From positions 226,556-290,555 of the forward strand of contig JACRGC010000009.1 of assembly GCA_016212475.1 (NCBI GenBank): a stretch of DNA of 64,000 nucleotides, given 5' to 3'. The notes under the pieces are model-generated. The model was given only the letters and a program-made list of their open reading frames with translations, did no database searches and was not told where the DNA came from. The translations under genes and the position numbers were made by a program. Below, piece after piece: positions 37,004-47,428 of the stretch. Each line of letters starts with the position of its first letter. Positions within the stretch are counted from its first letter, which is position 1. The stretch comes from Candidatus Micrarchaeota archaeon (lineage in GTDB: Archaea; Micrarchaeota; Micrarchaeia; Norongarragalinales; SBBD01).

Positions 37004-39577
37004 ATGCTAAGATTTGCGGTTTTAGTGCTTTTGCTATTGCCATTTTTACCAACCGTTTCCGCCGCAGTTATGGCCCCCTATGGCATATTTTTTGCAGAAT
37101 CAGTTGAAAGCTATTCCGAACCGGCAGCAAATCCATCCGCAAAACTTGCGCCGTCAATTTATACCATTAAGGTCGACACCGCCTGGCATGCCAAATATTC
37201 GGAATACATTGATGCAAAGGGCGCTCAATTCAATGACGGTAATTTCATAAATTTCAGGTTCCGGCTCCAAGGAATCTTTGCGGGAAGCAGGATGATTGTT
37301 TCCCTCCAAAACGAAAATGGGCAAACCATGCTTTGCGCACATGATTTCACAAAGGATTGGCAAACGCCTTTCCAGCTCAAGATGAAATGCGGAATTGACG
37401 CGGTAAAGAAGCTAAATGGCAATTACCGGGTTTTTATTTCCATATTTTCTCCAGAAGAACTCAAAAAACGGATTCCAAAACCAACCGCTTCAAGATTTTG
37501 GGGCTTTTCCGATGAAAGCTATTTTATTGCAATAAATCCGGGTGCAAATATTTACCAAAAGCCAATTGGTCCGCAAATTCCTCCTGAAAAACCATCAACT
37601 GCAATTGATTCGGCATCAATTGATTTGTTTGTCAGGACGCTAGCGCCCAATTATGACGCTCTTGGAAAACCAATGCTTGATGCAGATGGAAATCCTTCCC
37701 TTAAGGAAATTACTTTCAATATTGATTCAAAATATGTGTACCTGGATACCCTGCAAACCGTTCCAATTTCTTCAGGTTTGGAAAAAGCAAAGGAAATCAA
37801 AAAACCCGATACAATTGCAATCCCAAAACCCCTTGACGATTCCGATTTTATTGTCACCGAGGTTGCATTGAAGTTGATGGGCCCTGCCAAGGATACGATT
37901 TGCGAGGGAAAAACCGCTCCTCCCCAGAAGATCCCTTCAAAGGATTCGGCTGCTGTTTTGCCAAGGCCAATAGTCCAGGAATCAATCAAATGCGTTGATT
38001 CGCAAACCAATAAGCAGGAATATGTTGTGGAAGTAACGCCGGACACTTCAAAAAAACAGTTGCAGTTCAAAATAGATTCAATTGAAACAAAGCCCGCCCA
38101 ATCCATAAACGGGCTTCCGCCTGTCGAATTTGAAGATCCAGAATTGATATTTTCACCCACTGAAAGAACAGCAATTCTGAGGGTGGCTTCCGATGAAAAG
38201 CATGAGCCGCTTGTAAAAATAAATTCCGATTCTGATGGAGCCGAATGCTTCAAAATCGGCAAAAGAGAATTTGATGATGATTTTTCGTACGGGTTCAATT
38301 TCTTCAAGCCCGATTACTGGGACGTCGAGATAACTTTTGATCCCATCTGCGAATTCAAGGGCAAATCAAATGCAATAGAAGTTGAAATCGTTGGCAAGAA
38401 ATCAAAAAACTCCCCCCTTGCAGCCGTCAATTTTGCTCCCGACATACTTTTCATAACTACAAAAAAACTCCTCGTCGACCAAAAGCTTAAGGATTCCTTG
38501 AGGAAATACGTGCAATTCCAAGCAGATTCATTCCAAAGGCATGCAAAATTCATAACGCTTAACGGCAAATACGGAAACGAACGGCTGGGCCTTAGGCCAA
38601 ACGACATGTCCAATCCAAAGGCTTTGATGGATCGCATCCTTTACCTTTTCGGATCTGCAAGCTATGTGATTATTTTGGGCGGAGAGGACGTTTTTCCAAT
38701 GGGGGAAATCAAGGCATATAGCCGGGACGAAAGTGCAATTCTTACCGATAAGGCATACGGCTCGAAAGTTTACCGGTTCCCAACCCCCAAAGGGGATACT
38801 TCAAGCGAACTTGTGGTGGCGGCATTTGAAAACGCCTTGGGTTCCGCAAGGAAAAAGAGGGGCGAGCTTAGGGTAATTGGGGATGGGGTTTGCCAAGATT
38901 CCAAATGCCCGCTTTTTGAAACCGCAAAAACCTTTGTTGCAAAATTCAAGGAGGCTGATTTGAAAACCCCGCAAATTGCAGGCGAATGCAAGCCGCCTGA
39001 ATGCCTCCAAGCTCCTCCTTATTGCTTAAGAAAAGATGGAGAGAAAACAGGGACTCCGAGCGTTTGCTCAAAAGCCGAGGAATTAAAATCCGCGATCAAA
39101 ACTAGTGATATTTTGATCTTCCTAACCAATGGCGGGGGCGGAACCAATTTCAATGTGCTCTCAAATGATGGGAAGCTGATAGCAATCCTAACCGCAAAGG
39201 AAGCTTCGGAAATAAAATTGGAAAACAACCCAATTGTTTTCATTTTGGGCGATGGTGCCGGATCCATTGGCAAAATCAACAAGGATGGCTCGTGGAATAA
39301 AATGGATGGCAAGGACGCTACAATTGATAATATGATCATGTTCAATCTGATCAAGAACGGGGCGTCGGCTGTTATTGCAAGCACATCCGAAAGCTCCCCC
39401 AAGGGGAATGATTTGAATAAATGGCTTGTTTCAACATTTGCCAATGCGCTTGGAAGATCGGATAATGTCGGGAGGGCATTTGAAATTGCAAAATCGGATG
39501 TTGGGATCCCAGTAAGGGACGAATTCTTGAATTCCTTCCAGCTTTATGGCGATCCTTACAGCAGGTTAAAAGGTTGA
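37004..39577 (+). CDS. Large secreted hypothetical protein (~858 aa)
   Basis: Signal peptide MLRFAVLVLLLLPFLPTVSA; ORF track start is TTG at 36983; no TM anchor. Confidence 0.55.
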   Translation: MLRFAVLVLLLLPFLPTVSAAVMAPYGIFFAESVESYSEPAANPSAKLAPSIYTIKVDTAWHAKYSEYIDAKGAQFNDGNFINFRFRLQGIFAGSRMIVSLQNENGQTMLCAHDFTKDWQTPFQLKMKCGIDAVKKLNGNYRVFISIFSPEELKKRIPKPTASRFWGFSDESYFIAINPGANIYQKPIGPQIPPEKPSTAIDSASIDLFVRTLAPNYDALGKPMLDADGNPSLKEITFNIDSKYVYLDTLQTVPISSGLEKAKEIKKPDTIAIPKPLDDSDFIVTEVALKLMGPAKDTICEGKTAPPQKIPSKDSAAVLPRPIVQESIKCVDSQTNKQEYVVEVTPDTSKKQLQFKIDSIETKPAQSINGLPPVEFEDPELIFSPTERTAILRVASDEKHEPLVKINSDSDGAECFKIGKREFDDDFSYGFNFFKPDYWDVEITFDPICEFKGKSNAIEVEIVGKKSKNSPLAAVNFAPDILFITTKKLLVDQKLKDSLRKYVQFQADSFQRHAKFITLNGKYGNERLGLRPNDMSNPKALMDRILYLFGSASYVIILGGEDVFPMGEIKAYSRDESAILTDKAYGSKVYRFPTPKGDTSSELVVAAFENALGSARKKRGELRVIGDGVCQDSKCPLFETAKTFVAKFKEADLKTPQIAGECKPPECLQAPPYCLRKDGEKTGTPSVCSKAEELKSAIKTSDILIFLTNGGGGTNFNVLSNDGKLIAILTAKEASEIKLENNPIVFILGDGAGSIGKINKDGSWNKMDGKDATIDNMIMFNLIKNGASAVIASTSESSPKGNDLNKWLVSTFANALGRSDNVGRAFEIAKSDVGIPVRDEFLNSFQLYGDPYSRLKG

Positions 39578-39581
39578 AATT

Positions 39582-40268
39582 ATGAAAGGTTCAGGCAATT
39601 ATTGGATTTTACTTGCGGCAGTAGTATTGCTATTGGCATCGTATTCGATCACAACTTCCCAAAAGCCCAAGCTTCCGATTGTTTTTGATAACAACGAGGA
39701 TTCCAATGCGATATCCCCAACCCCAATCTCAACTCCAAAAGCAATCACTGGACAAATTGCATTAGTTGAATCATACACAATTAGTGTGGACGCTCCAAGT
39801 GTGTTAATCGAACCTGCGGCAACTGAAACATGTGGCGATGGGTATTGCACTCTATCAGAAAGATGCGATTTATGCGAAATTGATTGCGGCTGCGATCAAG
39901 GTTCATATTGCAGCTCGCAAAACGGCATCTGCTACAAATCCGAAACATGCGGGGATAATACTTGCACGACTTTGGAAAAGCAAACTAGCTCTTGCTGCCA
40001 AGACTGCGGCTGCACAAATGCTGCGGTTTGCAGCCAAGTTTCCCAAAAATGCTCCCAAAAAGTAACCCTTACGGATGAAAAAATAACCTCAATTGTAAAT
40101 GCATACCTGAAAGAAAAAAGCCTTCCATTCAGGCAACTTTCAATTACCGATTCATATTACGGAAGCATTGCAGTAAAGGCAGTTGAGCTTGACTGTACCT
40201 CTCTTTTTGGCGAGTGCAGGCAAATTTTGTATATTGATTCTAAAGGAAACGTGATTGAAGCTGCCTGA
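39582..40268 (+). CDS. Secreted Cys-rich protein (DCGC repeats)
   Basis: Signal/anchor MKGSGNYWILLAAVVLLLASYS; repeated CxxC/DCGC modules (CDLCEIDCGCDQGSYC, CCQDCGCTNAAVC). Confidence 0.5.
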   Translation: MKGSGNYWILLAAVVLLLASYSITTSQKPKLPIVFDNNEDSNAISPTPISTPKAITGQIALVESYTISVDAPSVLIEPAATETCGDGYCTLSERCDLCEIDCGCDQGSYCSSQNGICYKSETCGDNTCTTLEKQTSSCCQDCGCTNAAVCSQVSQKCSQKVTLTDEKITSIVNAYLKEKSLPFRQLSITDSYYGSIAVKAVELDCTSLFGECRQILYIDSKGNVIEAA

Positions 40269-40348
40269 TGATAACTTTTTAGCTTAAAGCTAATTCTTCA
40301 AAGAGAAACCCATTTATACGCTCTTTTGCTAATGGATTTGATAATCGC

Positions 40349-41164
40349 ATGGATCAAAAACCCAAATCAAAGAAACTGGATCTTAGGAACCTCGACCTAT
40401 TTGGCATGGGTGAAAAGAAATTCAACCAAAAAATTTCATCAGATCTCTCATCCGGAGAGCGGGTAGCTACTGGAATTCCGGGCCTTGATGAACTAATTGA
40501 AGGCGGATTTGTCCGCGGAAATGTGATTTTAGTTGCCGGAGATGCAGGCACAGGAAAAAGCACTTTAGCAATGCAATACCTCTACAACGGCGTAACTTTG
40601 TATGGCGAACCCGGAGTGTATTTGACATTTGAGGAAAAAAAGGAAAACCTCTTTAAGAACATGCTAAGATATGGGTGGGATTTGGAAAAACTTGAAGAGC
40701 AAAAGAAGCTGTTGATTTTACAATATCCTCCGCATGATATTGATAGGTTTTTGCTTGAGGGGGAAATAATTGAAGATACAATCAAGGACATGAAAGCAAA
40801 ACGCCTAGTGATCGATTCAATTACCTCCTTTGCCTTGATTTTTGATTCCGAATACAAAAGAAGGATTGGCATCATAAAAGCCCTTGAACTATTCAAGAAA
40901 TGGGGCTGCACAACGCTTCTAACTTCAGAAGCAAATAGCCTCCCAAGCGGGGAAATCCGGGAAAGGTTTAAGCTCGGCTATTTGGCCGATGGATTAGTCA
41001 GGCTCTACAACATCCGGCAAGGGGATGAGCGCCAAAAGGCAATTGAAATTGTCAAAATGAGGGGCATTGCGCACAGCAACATGATCGTCCCATTTGATTT
41101 CAAGCAAAACGGAATCGAGCTCTACCCCAACCAGCCTGTTTTTGGGGGGCTTGAAAGAAAATAA
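40349..41164 (+). CDS. KaiC-like RecA-superfamily ATPase (ArlH/FlaH-like)
   Basis: TGIPGLDELIEGGFVRGNVILVAGDAGTGKSTLAMQY (Walker A), RLVIDS (Walker B); single KaiC domain ~270 aa. Confidence 0.8.
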   Translation: MDQKPKSKKLDLRNLDLFGMGEKKFNQKISSDLSSGERVATGIPGLDELIEGGFVRGNVILVAGDAGTGKSTLAMQYLYNGVTLYGEPGVYLTFEEKKENLFKNMLRYGWDLEKLEEQKKLLILQYPPHDIDRFLLEGEIIEDTIKDMKAKRLVIDSITSFALIFDSEYKRRIGIIKALELFKKWGCTTLLTSEANSLPSGEIRERFKLGYLADGLVRLYNIRQGDERQKAIEIVKMRGIAHSNMIVPFDFKQNGIELYPNQPVFGGLERK

Positions 41165-41239
41165 TCGACTAATCATCAACCTAGCAAAAACCCAAAAACT
41201 TCAATATGTTTATATAAGCTGATTTCGTGCTTTAATCGT

Positions 41240-42346
41240 ATGCACGCAAGAGCTAAAACAAAAGCGCAATCATCCCTTGAACTCCTGATAATCTTATCCG
41301 TCGGGCTGGTTTTGCTTGGAATAATTTTTTCAATTTCACAGCAGCGCATCAATTCCTCCCAGCAATCAATTGCCCTCTCATCGGCAAAATCTGCAACTTC
41401 GGCAATATCGGCAGCAGCCGATTCGGTTTATTTTGAAGGCGTTGGGGCAAAACGGCAAGTTAGCATTACAATTCCCGAAGGGACAGTTGCAACTTCAGTA
41501 ACTGCAAACTCGATTTCCATGCGTCTTCAAATTGAAGGCGGGCCAACTGATGCATCCGCAAACACCAATGCTATCCTTTGCAGCAATTCGCAATTACCAA
41601 CAATCCCGGGAACTTATCGCATTTCAGTTGAAAGCTTGGATGGTTGCGTCTTGATTGGAACTGCTTCAAAATTGGAAGTTAGCACAACCCTAATCCAACT
41701 AATTGGCTATGCAAATTCTACTTATAACAAAACCATCAATTATACGAATGCCGGCACATCTCCAATTACTGTAACTCTTCAGCTTTTATTTGCTTCATCT
41801 GATGCGTCGATTTTATTGGCTTCACAATCGGTTTTCACATTAAATCCCAGCGAAAAAATGGAAACAAAGCTAGGAATCGACCTTTTCCCATCTGCAATTG
41901 GAAGCTATTCTGGGCAGCTCAAGGCATTTGGGAGCAATGGCGATAATTTGACAACTTTGATTTCAATTTCAGCTTCGGGCGCAACCTGCTCGCAGCAAAC
42001 CTGCACATCAACTGATGGAGCAGCAGTGATTGAAATCGAAACCTACTCCTCCGCCTCCTACTCTCAAAAGAAGGAAATCTTCGAGCCTCCCGAAACAATT
42101 GAATTAATGGGCGGCAATTGGGATCCAAATTCTGCAATTTCAATTGATGTTAGGGATCCTTCGGATGCATATTCAATTCCAAATTACCCAAAATCCCTAA
42201 CAACAAATTCAACCGGCGGTTTTACCGATTCATTTTCAGCTGCCTCCCTTGGCGCTTCCGATGGCTACATTGCAAAGGCTAGCGGAACCGAACTTGGAAT
42301 CCCAAAGACAAAAACATCAACTTTTGATGCACTTGCCTGCACGTGA
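41240..42346 (+). CDS. Prepilin-like protein with class III signal peptide (368 aa)
   Basis: MHARAKTKAQSSLELLIILSVGLVLLGIIF: K-A-Q cleavage motif + hydrophobic helix with E at +5. Confidence 0.55.
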   Translation: MHARAKTKAQSSLELLIILSVGLVLLGIIFSISQQRINSSQQSIALSSAKSATSAISAAADSVYFEGVGAKRQVSITIPEGTVATSVTANSISMRLQIEGGPTDASANTNAILCSNSQLPTIPGTYRISVESLDGCVLIGTASKLEVSTTLIQLIGYANSTYNKTINYTNAGTSPITVTLQLLFASSDASILLASQSVFTLNPSEKMETKLGIDLFPSAIGSYSGQLKAFGSNGDNLTTLISISASGATCSQQTCTSTDGAAVIEIETYSSASYSQKKEIFEPPETIELMGGNWDPNSAISIDVRDPSDAYSIPNYPKSLTTNSTGGFTDSFSAASLGASDGYIAKASGTELGIPKTKTSTFDALACT

Positions 42347-42353
42347 AACCAAT

Positions 42354-44063
42354 ATGGAAAATAATTTGAAAAGAATAGGAAAATTGGAAGCAATTGCAGC
42401 CTTGCTTTTGATGCTATTTATTTTCCAAAACCTATCGGCTGCATCCGTTTCATACTCGCAAGATGGCCTCCCCTACCTTGCAAACGGCACTTCAACCTCG
42501 TCAATAAATTTCATCAATGCGCAGGATGATGATTCCTTCAACATTTCCCAATCACTTGCAAATACAATCAGTTCATCGACAAACATGGTGTTGAATGGCA
42601 ATTTCACAGCAGGATCACCAACCTCTTGGGCATACGCAGAAACCGATGCTAGCAATCGTGCCAGTTCAACCTTCCTTGCAATAGGGGGGGATATAGAGCC
42701 CGGAAGGTGGCGTTTTCGCCTCTCGGATAATTCAAATGCGCAGGGCTATAGCGTCCAGGGGAATTTGACAAATACCGGCGTTTTTTGGGATGGAACAACC
42801 CCGGTCGATGCAACGCTTAATTTTTCATTCTACAAAAACTACAATACCGCCCCAACTGCCGACGTGGTTTCTGTTTACCTTCTAAGGCCAGATGGCTCCC
42901 AAATCCTGCTTTGGACAAATGCCACAATTTTCAGCAATGCGGTTTTTTCCAGTGTTGGCTTACCAATTTCGCCTGCCTATTTCAACATTGCCGGAACCTA
43001 CCAGATCCGCATGCACAACCGCATAATTACCCCCGCATCCGGCACAATGGCGGTCGATCATTTCTGGGATCAAATTTCCCTCGTATTGCAAAAATCTTCT
43101 TCTTACTATTCCTTTGATGTTTGGCACAACTCCACATCAATCACAACCCCATCCAACCCTGCCCAAATCATAGGAATCAATGCGACTTTAAGGTTCAAGG
43201 CGGATTTTGCAATCACGCCCAAACTGGAAATTTACAATTTCAATTCGGATTTGTGGGTTTCATCCGATTGCTCCCCAACAACAGCAATTGTTGCAAACAC
43301 TTGGTATTTATGGAATTGCGATATTTTATCGTCCGCCTCCCAATACGTCAGCAATGATGCGAACAAGAAATTGAGGGTGCGTTTCTATTCGCCAGATGCC
43401 CAAACTACAATGGCAAACATTTCTTCCGATTTGTTGAATTTCACGGTTTTCTACAATTTACCGCAGGCATATGTTGCAGTTTCAAAGCCATCCTACCAAG
43501 CTTGCGGAAATGCGTATTACCAGTTGAAATTATTTGACAAGAATTTAGTTCCATTCACTTCCGCAGCAACAGTAAATATAACAATTTCCAATTCAACTTC
43601 CTCCCAATTTTCAACCCTTCAATCAGTTGCCGGAGGGGTTTATTCCGGCTCGTATTCCCTAAGCCCCAAGGCAAATTCAGGCAATTGGCAAATCAGCGCA
43701 TTATCGGGTGCATATTCCAATGAGCCATTTTACGTTGCCACAGGGGGGTTGGATGTTTGGAAGATCAATTTGTTATTTTCAGATACAAAAGGAAGATACT
43801 CGCAAAGTTCAAGCATTCCCGTTTCATTCAACATTCTAAATCTCAATGGAATTGAAATTTCTGGTTTGCAGCCAAATGGAAATCTGCTTTTGTTTAGGGA
43901 CAATTCCTTATTTTCAGCCCCAATAGCAGATTATGCAAACGGAACATATTCCTTCCTTCTTGATTTCTCATCCTTAAGCGCCGGTTCATCCCATAAATTA
44001 ACCGTTATGGCAAATTCGAGCGCAATCAATGTTTCCGCTAGCCAGGGATTTTTTGTAATTTAG
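42354..44063 (+). CDS. Large secreted protein (570 aa), possible pilus-associated adhesin
   Basis: N-terminal hydrophobic segment KRIGKLEAIAALLLMLFIF; starts 8 nt after previous stop; ORF track start 42249 overlaps upstream gene. Confidence 0.5.
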   Translation: MENNLKRIGKLEAIAALLLMLFIFQNLSAASVSYSQDGLPYLANGTSTSSINFINAQDDDSFNISQSLANTISSSTNMVLNGNFTAGSPTSWAYAETDASNRASSTFLAIGGDIEPGRWRFRLSDNSNAQGYSVQGNLTNTGVFWDGTTPVDATLNFSFYKNYNTAPTADVVSVYLLRPDGSQILLWTNATIFSNAVFSSVGLPISPAYFNIAGTYQIRMHNRIITPASGTMAVDHFWDQISLVLQKSSSYYSFDVWHNSTSITTPSNPAQIIGINATLRFKADFAITPKLEIYNFNSDLWVSSDCSPTTAIVANTWYLWNCDILSSASQYVSNDANKKLRVRFYSPDAQTTMANISSDLLNFTVFYNLPQAYVAVSKPSYQACGNAYYQLKLFDKNLVPFTSAATVNITISNSTSSQFSTLQSVAGGVYSGSYSLSPKANSGNWQISALSGAYSNEPFYVATGGLDVWKINLLFSDTKGRYSQSSSIPVSFNILNLNGIEISGLQPNGNLLLFRDNSLFSAPIADYANGTYSFLLDFSSLSAGSSHKLTVMANSSAINVSASQGFFVI

Positions 44064-44072
44064 GTTTTTACT

Positions 44073-44474
44073 ATGATAAAAAGGGCCCAATTCAGCTTCG
44101 ATTTGCTTTTGGTTTTAGGAATCATGCTGATAATTTTTCTATTGCTTTTCAATTATTACACTGAAAAAACGCAATCAACAAATTCCCAGCAAAAGCAGTT
44201 CCTAGCAAGGCAAGCCGCATCAGAAATTTCCGAAATTGTCAATTCCGTCTATTTGGGCGGAAATGGCGCCAGTTCCTCGTATTTTCTTCCAACAGATCTA
44301 CAAGGCAGTGATTATAGCCTGACAATTTCCAATCGAAGGGTTGAGATTTTGCTTTATGGAAGTTCAGTTAGCAGTGCCATCCTAACTTCCGGCGTTGCAT
44401 CGCCAGATTTGAATGCAAAAAAAGGCTCGAGCATTGTTTTTGCGAATGTCAACGGAGCCATTACAGTTAATTAG
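44073..44474 (+). CDS. Prepilin-like protein (133 aa)
   Basis: MIKRAQFSFDLLLVLGIMLIIF: R-A-Q class III signal motif. Confidence 0.55.
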   Translation: MIKRAQFSFDLLLVLGIMLIIFLLLFNYYTEKTQSTNSQQKQFLARQAASEISEIVNSVYLGGNGASSSYFLPTDLQGSDYSLTISNRRVEILLYGSSVSSAILTSGVASPDLNAKKGSSIVFANVNGAITVN

Positions 44475-44482
44475 TGATTCAT

Positions 44483-45010
44483 ATGAGAGCCCAGCTTTTT
44501 TCATTTGATTTGATCCTTAGCGTTTCCATACTTCTTTTGCTGTTTGGCATTACGGTTTCAATTTTTAGCAGGACCGATGCAGTAATGAAAGAAAACGCAA
44601 TAGAAAAGGAGATTTCCCAAAATGGCAATTACGCCCTCTCTTCCCTAATTGAAACAAGCGGCTATCCAACCAATTGGGAGCAACTTGCATTTACCGATTC
44701 AAATGCAAAAGCCTTGGGCCTTGCAACAAGCGCTGGACATCTAAACCCCCAAAAAGTTGGCAAATTCTTCGAGCTTGCAAATTCAAATGAGAATAATTAC
44801 CTTTTGACAAAACGCATCCTTGGAATTGATTTTCCTTCCAGCAATTATACCCTTGAAATTTACGATCTGGAAGGGGAAAAAGTTTACTCCACAACCTTTG
44901 CGTCAAATAATGCTATTGCAAATTCGTATTCAATTTACGCCTTCCAGCGGCTTGCGCTCCTAAATAATCAACCGGTTAGATTATCGCTTAGGATCTGGGT
45001 GAAAAAATGA
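44483..45010 (+). CDS. Prepilin-like protein (~175 aa), paralogue of preceding gene
   Basis: MRAQLFSFDLILSVSILLLLFG, same RAQ.FSFDL motif; GTG at 44474 would overlap previous stop. Confidence 0.55.
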   Translation: MRAQLFSFDLILSVSILLLLFGITVSIFSRTDAVMKENAIEKEISQNGNYALSSLIETSGYPTNWEQLAFTDSNAKALGLATSAGHLNPQKVGKFFELANSNENNYLLTKRILGIDFPSSNYTLEIYDLEGEKVYSTTFASNNAIANSYSIYAFQRLALLNNQPVRLSLRIWVKK

Positions 45011-45411
45011 GGGGCATACTTTTCTCAACGGACGCCGTTTTAGCGCTTCTGGTTTCCATGCTCTTCATAGGCTATATTTTCCATTCCCTCTCATTAATAG
45101 AATCAGCCAAGCCAAGAATGGAAAGCCTCCAAAAAATATCCGGGGATTTTTTGCAAATACTTGAGGAGGATGGTTCGCTAAAAATGTCTATGGAATCAAA
45201 TTCGGATATTCCAATTGTTAATGATGGCCGCATTTTGCCTTCCAATTTATGCTATGAGCTAATTCTTACATCGAAGGATTCGCAATCTCCCCTGATATCC
45301 TCTTCAAATTGCGCCTGCAAGGATTTTGTCCTTTCAAGAAGGAGCTTCATCGCATCGAATGGAACTGCCCAAGCAGAACATTTTGCCGAACTTAAAACAT
45401 GCTACAAGTGA
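45007..45411 (+). CDS. Prepilin-like protein (134 aa)
   Basis: MRGILFSTDAVLALLVSMLFIGYIF: R-G cleavage motif, D at +5; ATGA overlap with previous gene. Confidence 0.5.
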   Translation: MRGILFSTDAVLALLVSMLFIGYIFHSLSLIESAKPRMESLQKISGDFLQILEEDGSLKMSMESNSDIPIVNDGRILPSNLCYELILTSKDSQSPLISSSNCACKDFVLSRRSFIASNGTAQAEHFAELKTCYK

Positions 45412-45416
45412 AAATT

Positions 45417-46217
45417 ATGAAAAAAGGGATTTTCTTCACATTGCTCTTTTCACTCCTGCTGCTTCTTTGCCTTTCGGCAATTTTGTTCTATATCGATCAT
45501 CAGAAGGGGGAGAATCCAAGCGCACTTAAGGTTTCAAAATACTCCACAATTGCAAATGGTATTTCATCCGATCTGTTGGAACTTGGCAAAATTTCCAACA
45601 TGGCAATTGTTAGAAATTCAACCCATGCAATCATTTCCTTAACTTCCGACCTTACCCCTAATGAGCCCCCAAACTATTCAATATACGGAGCATTTGTCGA
45701 AGGGGAATATGCTAAAAAGCAAAACCTAGCCGGCAAATTGGTTTTAACCACTTCACAAAACCCTTTCATCTATTTTGATGGCATTTCCGCCAATTTTTCA
45801 TTTTCCAACGATTCTTCCAAATTGGAAGGGAGCGTAGCAATCGATGGCTATGAACTGCATTTCTACAATTTATCGGAAGTTCTGCAATCCTGCGGATGGA
45901 CTTCAAGCGCATCCGGCAGCCTAAGCGTAAAAATCACCTTTGATTCCCTAAATTGCCCATCCCAAATTGTAAGCATAAATCCCCAAATTCAAAACAAATT
46001 CTTCCTAAACACCTCCTCTGGAAAATACCTAAACATTACATTTGGAAATGTTGCGCTTTTTGACAATTCATTCGATTTGAAAATTGGCAATTTAAATGCC
46101 TCCTACGATTTGAACATCTCCGCTCAAACATCAAATCCGGTAAGCGGGAAATTATCCGCAAAACTGGAATTCGTTGGCGATTACACCTTGCAATCACTTC
46201 TTGTTTTGCAAGGATAA
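45417..46217 (+). CDS. Prepilin-like/secreted protein (~266 aa)
   Basis: MKKGIFFTLLFSLLLLLCLSAILFYI (K-G motif + hydrophobic helix); ORF track start 45399 overlaps the previous gene. Confidence 0.45.
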   Translation: MKKGIFFTLLFSLLLLLCLSAILFYIDHQKGENPSALKVSKYSTIANGISSDLLELGKISNMAIVRNSTHAIISLTSDLTPNEPPNYSIYGAFVEGEYAKKQNLAGKLVLTTSQNPFIYFDGISANFSFSNDSSKLEGSVAIDGYELHFYNLSEVLQSCGWTSSASGSLSVKITFDSLNCPSQIVSINPQIQNKFFLNTSSGKYLNITFGNVALFDNSFDLKIGNLNASYDLNISAQTSNPVSGKLSAKLEFVGDYTLQSLLVLQG

Positions 46218-46280
46218 GCCTGTTTGATGGAATTTGGACAAATAGTCCAAGCTCAATAGGAGGCACCCTTCAATTAGTTC

Positions 46281-46640
46281 CTACTTCTTCCCAAAGAATT
46301 TCCCATCAACTTTGGCAAACCCGTAGATTTTTGAGAATTTCCCAATTTCGTATGTAATTTTGATGAAGCAAAGCGAAATTACAGCTTCATACAATGACCT
46401 ATAATTCTCAACAAAATTAGGGCCGATCGCATCAAGCGGATTGATGTCCCTAAGCAGCACAAGCCCGTTGAACACCAATTGGAATAAGAAAAACAAGACA
46501 GCCGTGTAATAGATCCATTCAACTATTCTGCGAAATTCACCCTTCTCAAACCTTGCCCTTGCCTGGCTAATCATCACAACTGCTCCAAATGCAGCTATGA
46601 TATTTAGGGAATTGAACAATATTATGCTATCAACTGCCAT
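46281..46640 (-). CDS. Hypothetical membrane protein (119 aa)
   Basis: Three predicted TM helices. Confidence 0.4.
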   Translation of the reverse strand: MAVDSIILFNSLNIIAAFGAVVMISQARARFEKGEFRRIVEWIYYTAVLFFLFQLVFNGLVLLRDINPLDAIGPNFVENYRSLYEAVISLCFIKITYEIGKFSKIYGFAKVDGKFFGKK

Positions 46641-46757
46641 ACAAATCGCCCATGCAAACAGCCATTCAAAGCACCCTTATAAATTGCCTTCCAAAGCACT
46701 TTTATCCTTCCTCTTTTATTCAAAGCAATCTTATCAACCGCCAAACCCATTTCCTAT

Positions 46758-47333
46758 TCATTTTGAAATCCTAATTACCTTATCGCAAAACTGCGAAAGA
46801 TCCGAAATCAATTTCTGGTCCGATTCCTTTTCCATCGAAACCATTATCATTCCAACGTTCCAAATCCGCATCTTGGAAACCAAAAAATGCGTGAACTGCG
46901 CAACCGTCCCGGCTGAATTGTAAATCAGCATTGTAGAGAGGGAATCCATGAATATAAAACGATCTCCCGCAGTATCGCCCATTCTCTCAACCAGCTGTGT
47001 TAGGGCAATGCTAAGCTCGGTTAAATTCCTAGGCGATGGCAAAAAAATGCAATTTTCAGTCCTTTCGCCGCGCTTTCCGGTTGTTTGCGTAATCAAATCA
47101 AGGAAATACAGCCTATCCACATCGATTTTTTCCTTTGCAAGGGATGCCAATAGCGTTTCGTAAGGCCGGTTGAACGTTACGTAAATTCCTTCTGAATTTC
47201 CCTGCTTCATCAGCAATTTCAGCGCATTTTGGTTGGCATTTAGGTATTTTTCAGAATCCGAAACGAGCATCACAATGTAGTGCCTTGGAAGCTCCCGCAG
47301 TTCCTTTTCCAGTTTAGATAGCAAATCCGCCAT
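46758..47333 (-). CDS. RecA-superfamily (KaiC/RadA-like) protein lacking a canonical Walker A motif
   Basis: 191 aa; beta-alpha pattern ending RFIFMDSLSTMLIYNS (Walker B-like hhhhD) and GMIMVSMEKES, but no GxxxxGK[ST]. Confidence 0.4.
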   Translation of the reverse strand: MADLLSKLEKELRELPRHYIVMLVSDSEKYLNANQNALKLLMKQGNSEGIYVTFNRPYETLLASLAKEKIDVDRLYFLDLITQTTGKRGERTENCIFLPSPRNLTELSIALTQLVERMGDTAGDRFIFMDSLSTMLIYNSAGTVAQFTHFLVSKMRIWNVGMIMVSMEKESDQKLISDLSQFCDKVIRISK

Positions 47334-47428
47334 ATTCCAACATTACAGCTAGCGCCTTAAATACTTTATCCGAACTAGCCCAATTGGAAAAACATTGGCG
47401 AATTTTGGTGTTCAATCTATTGAAAAAG

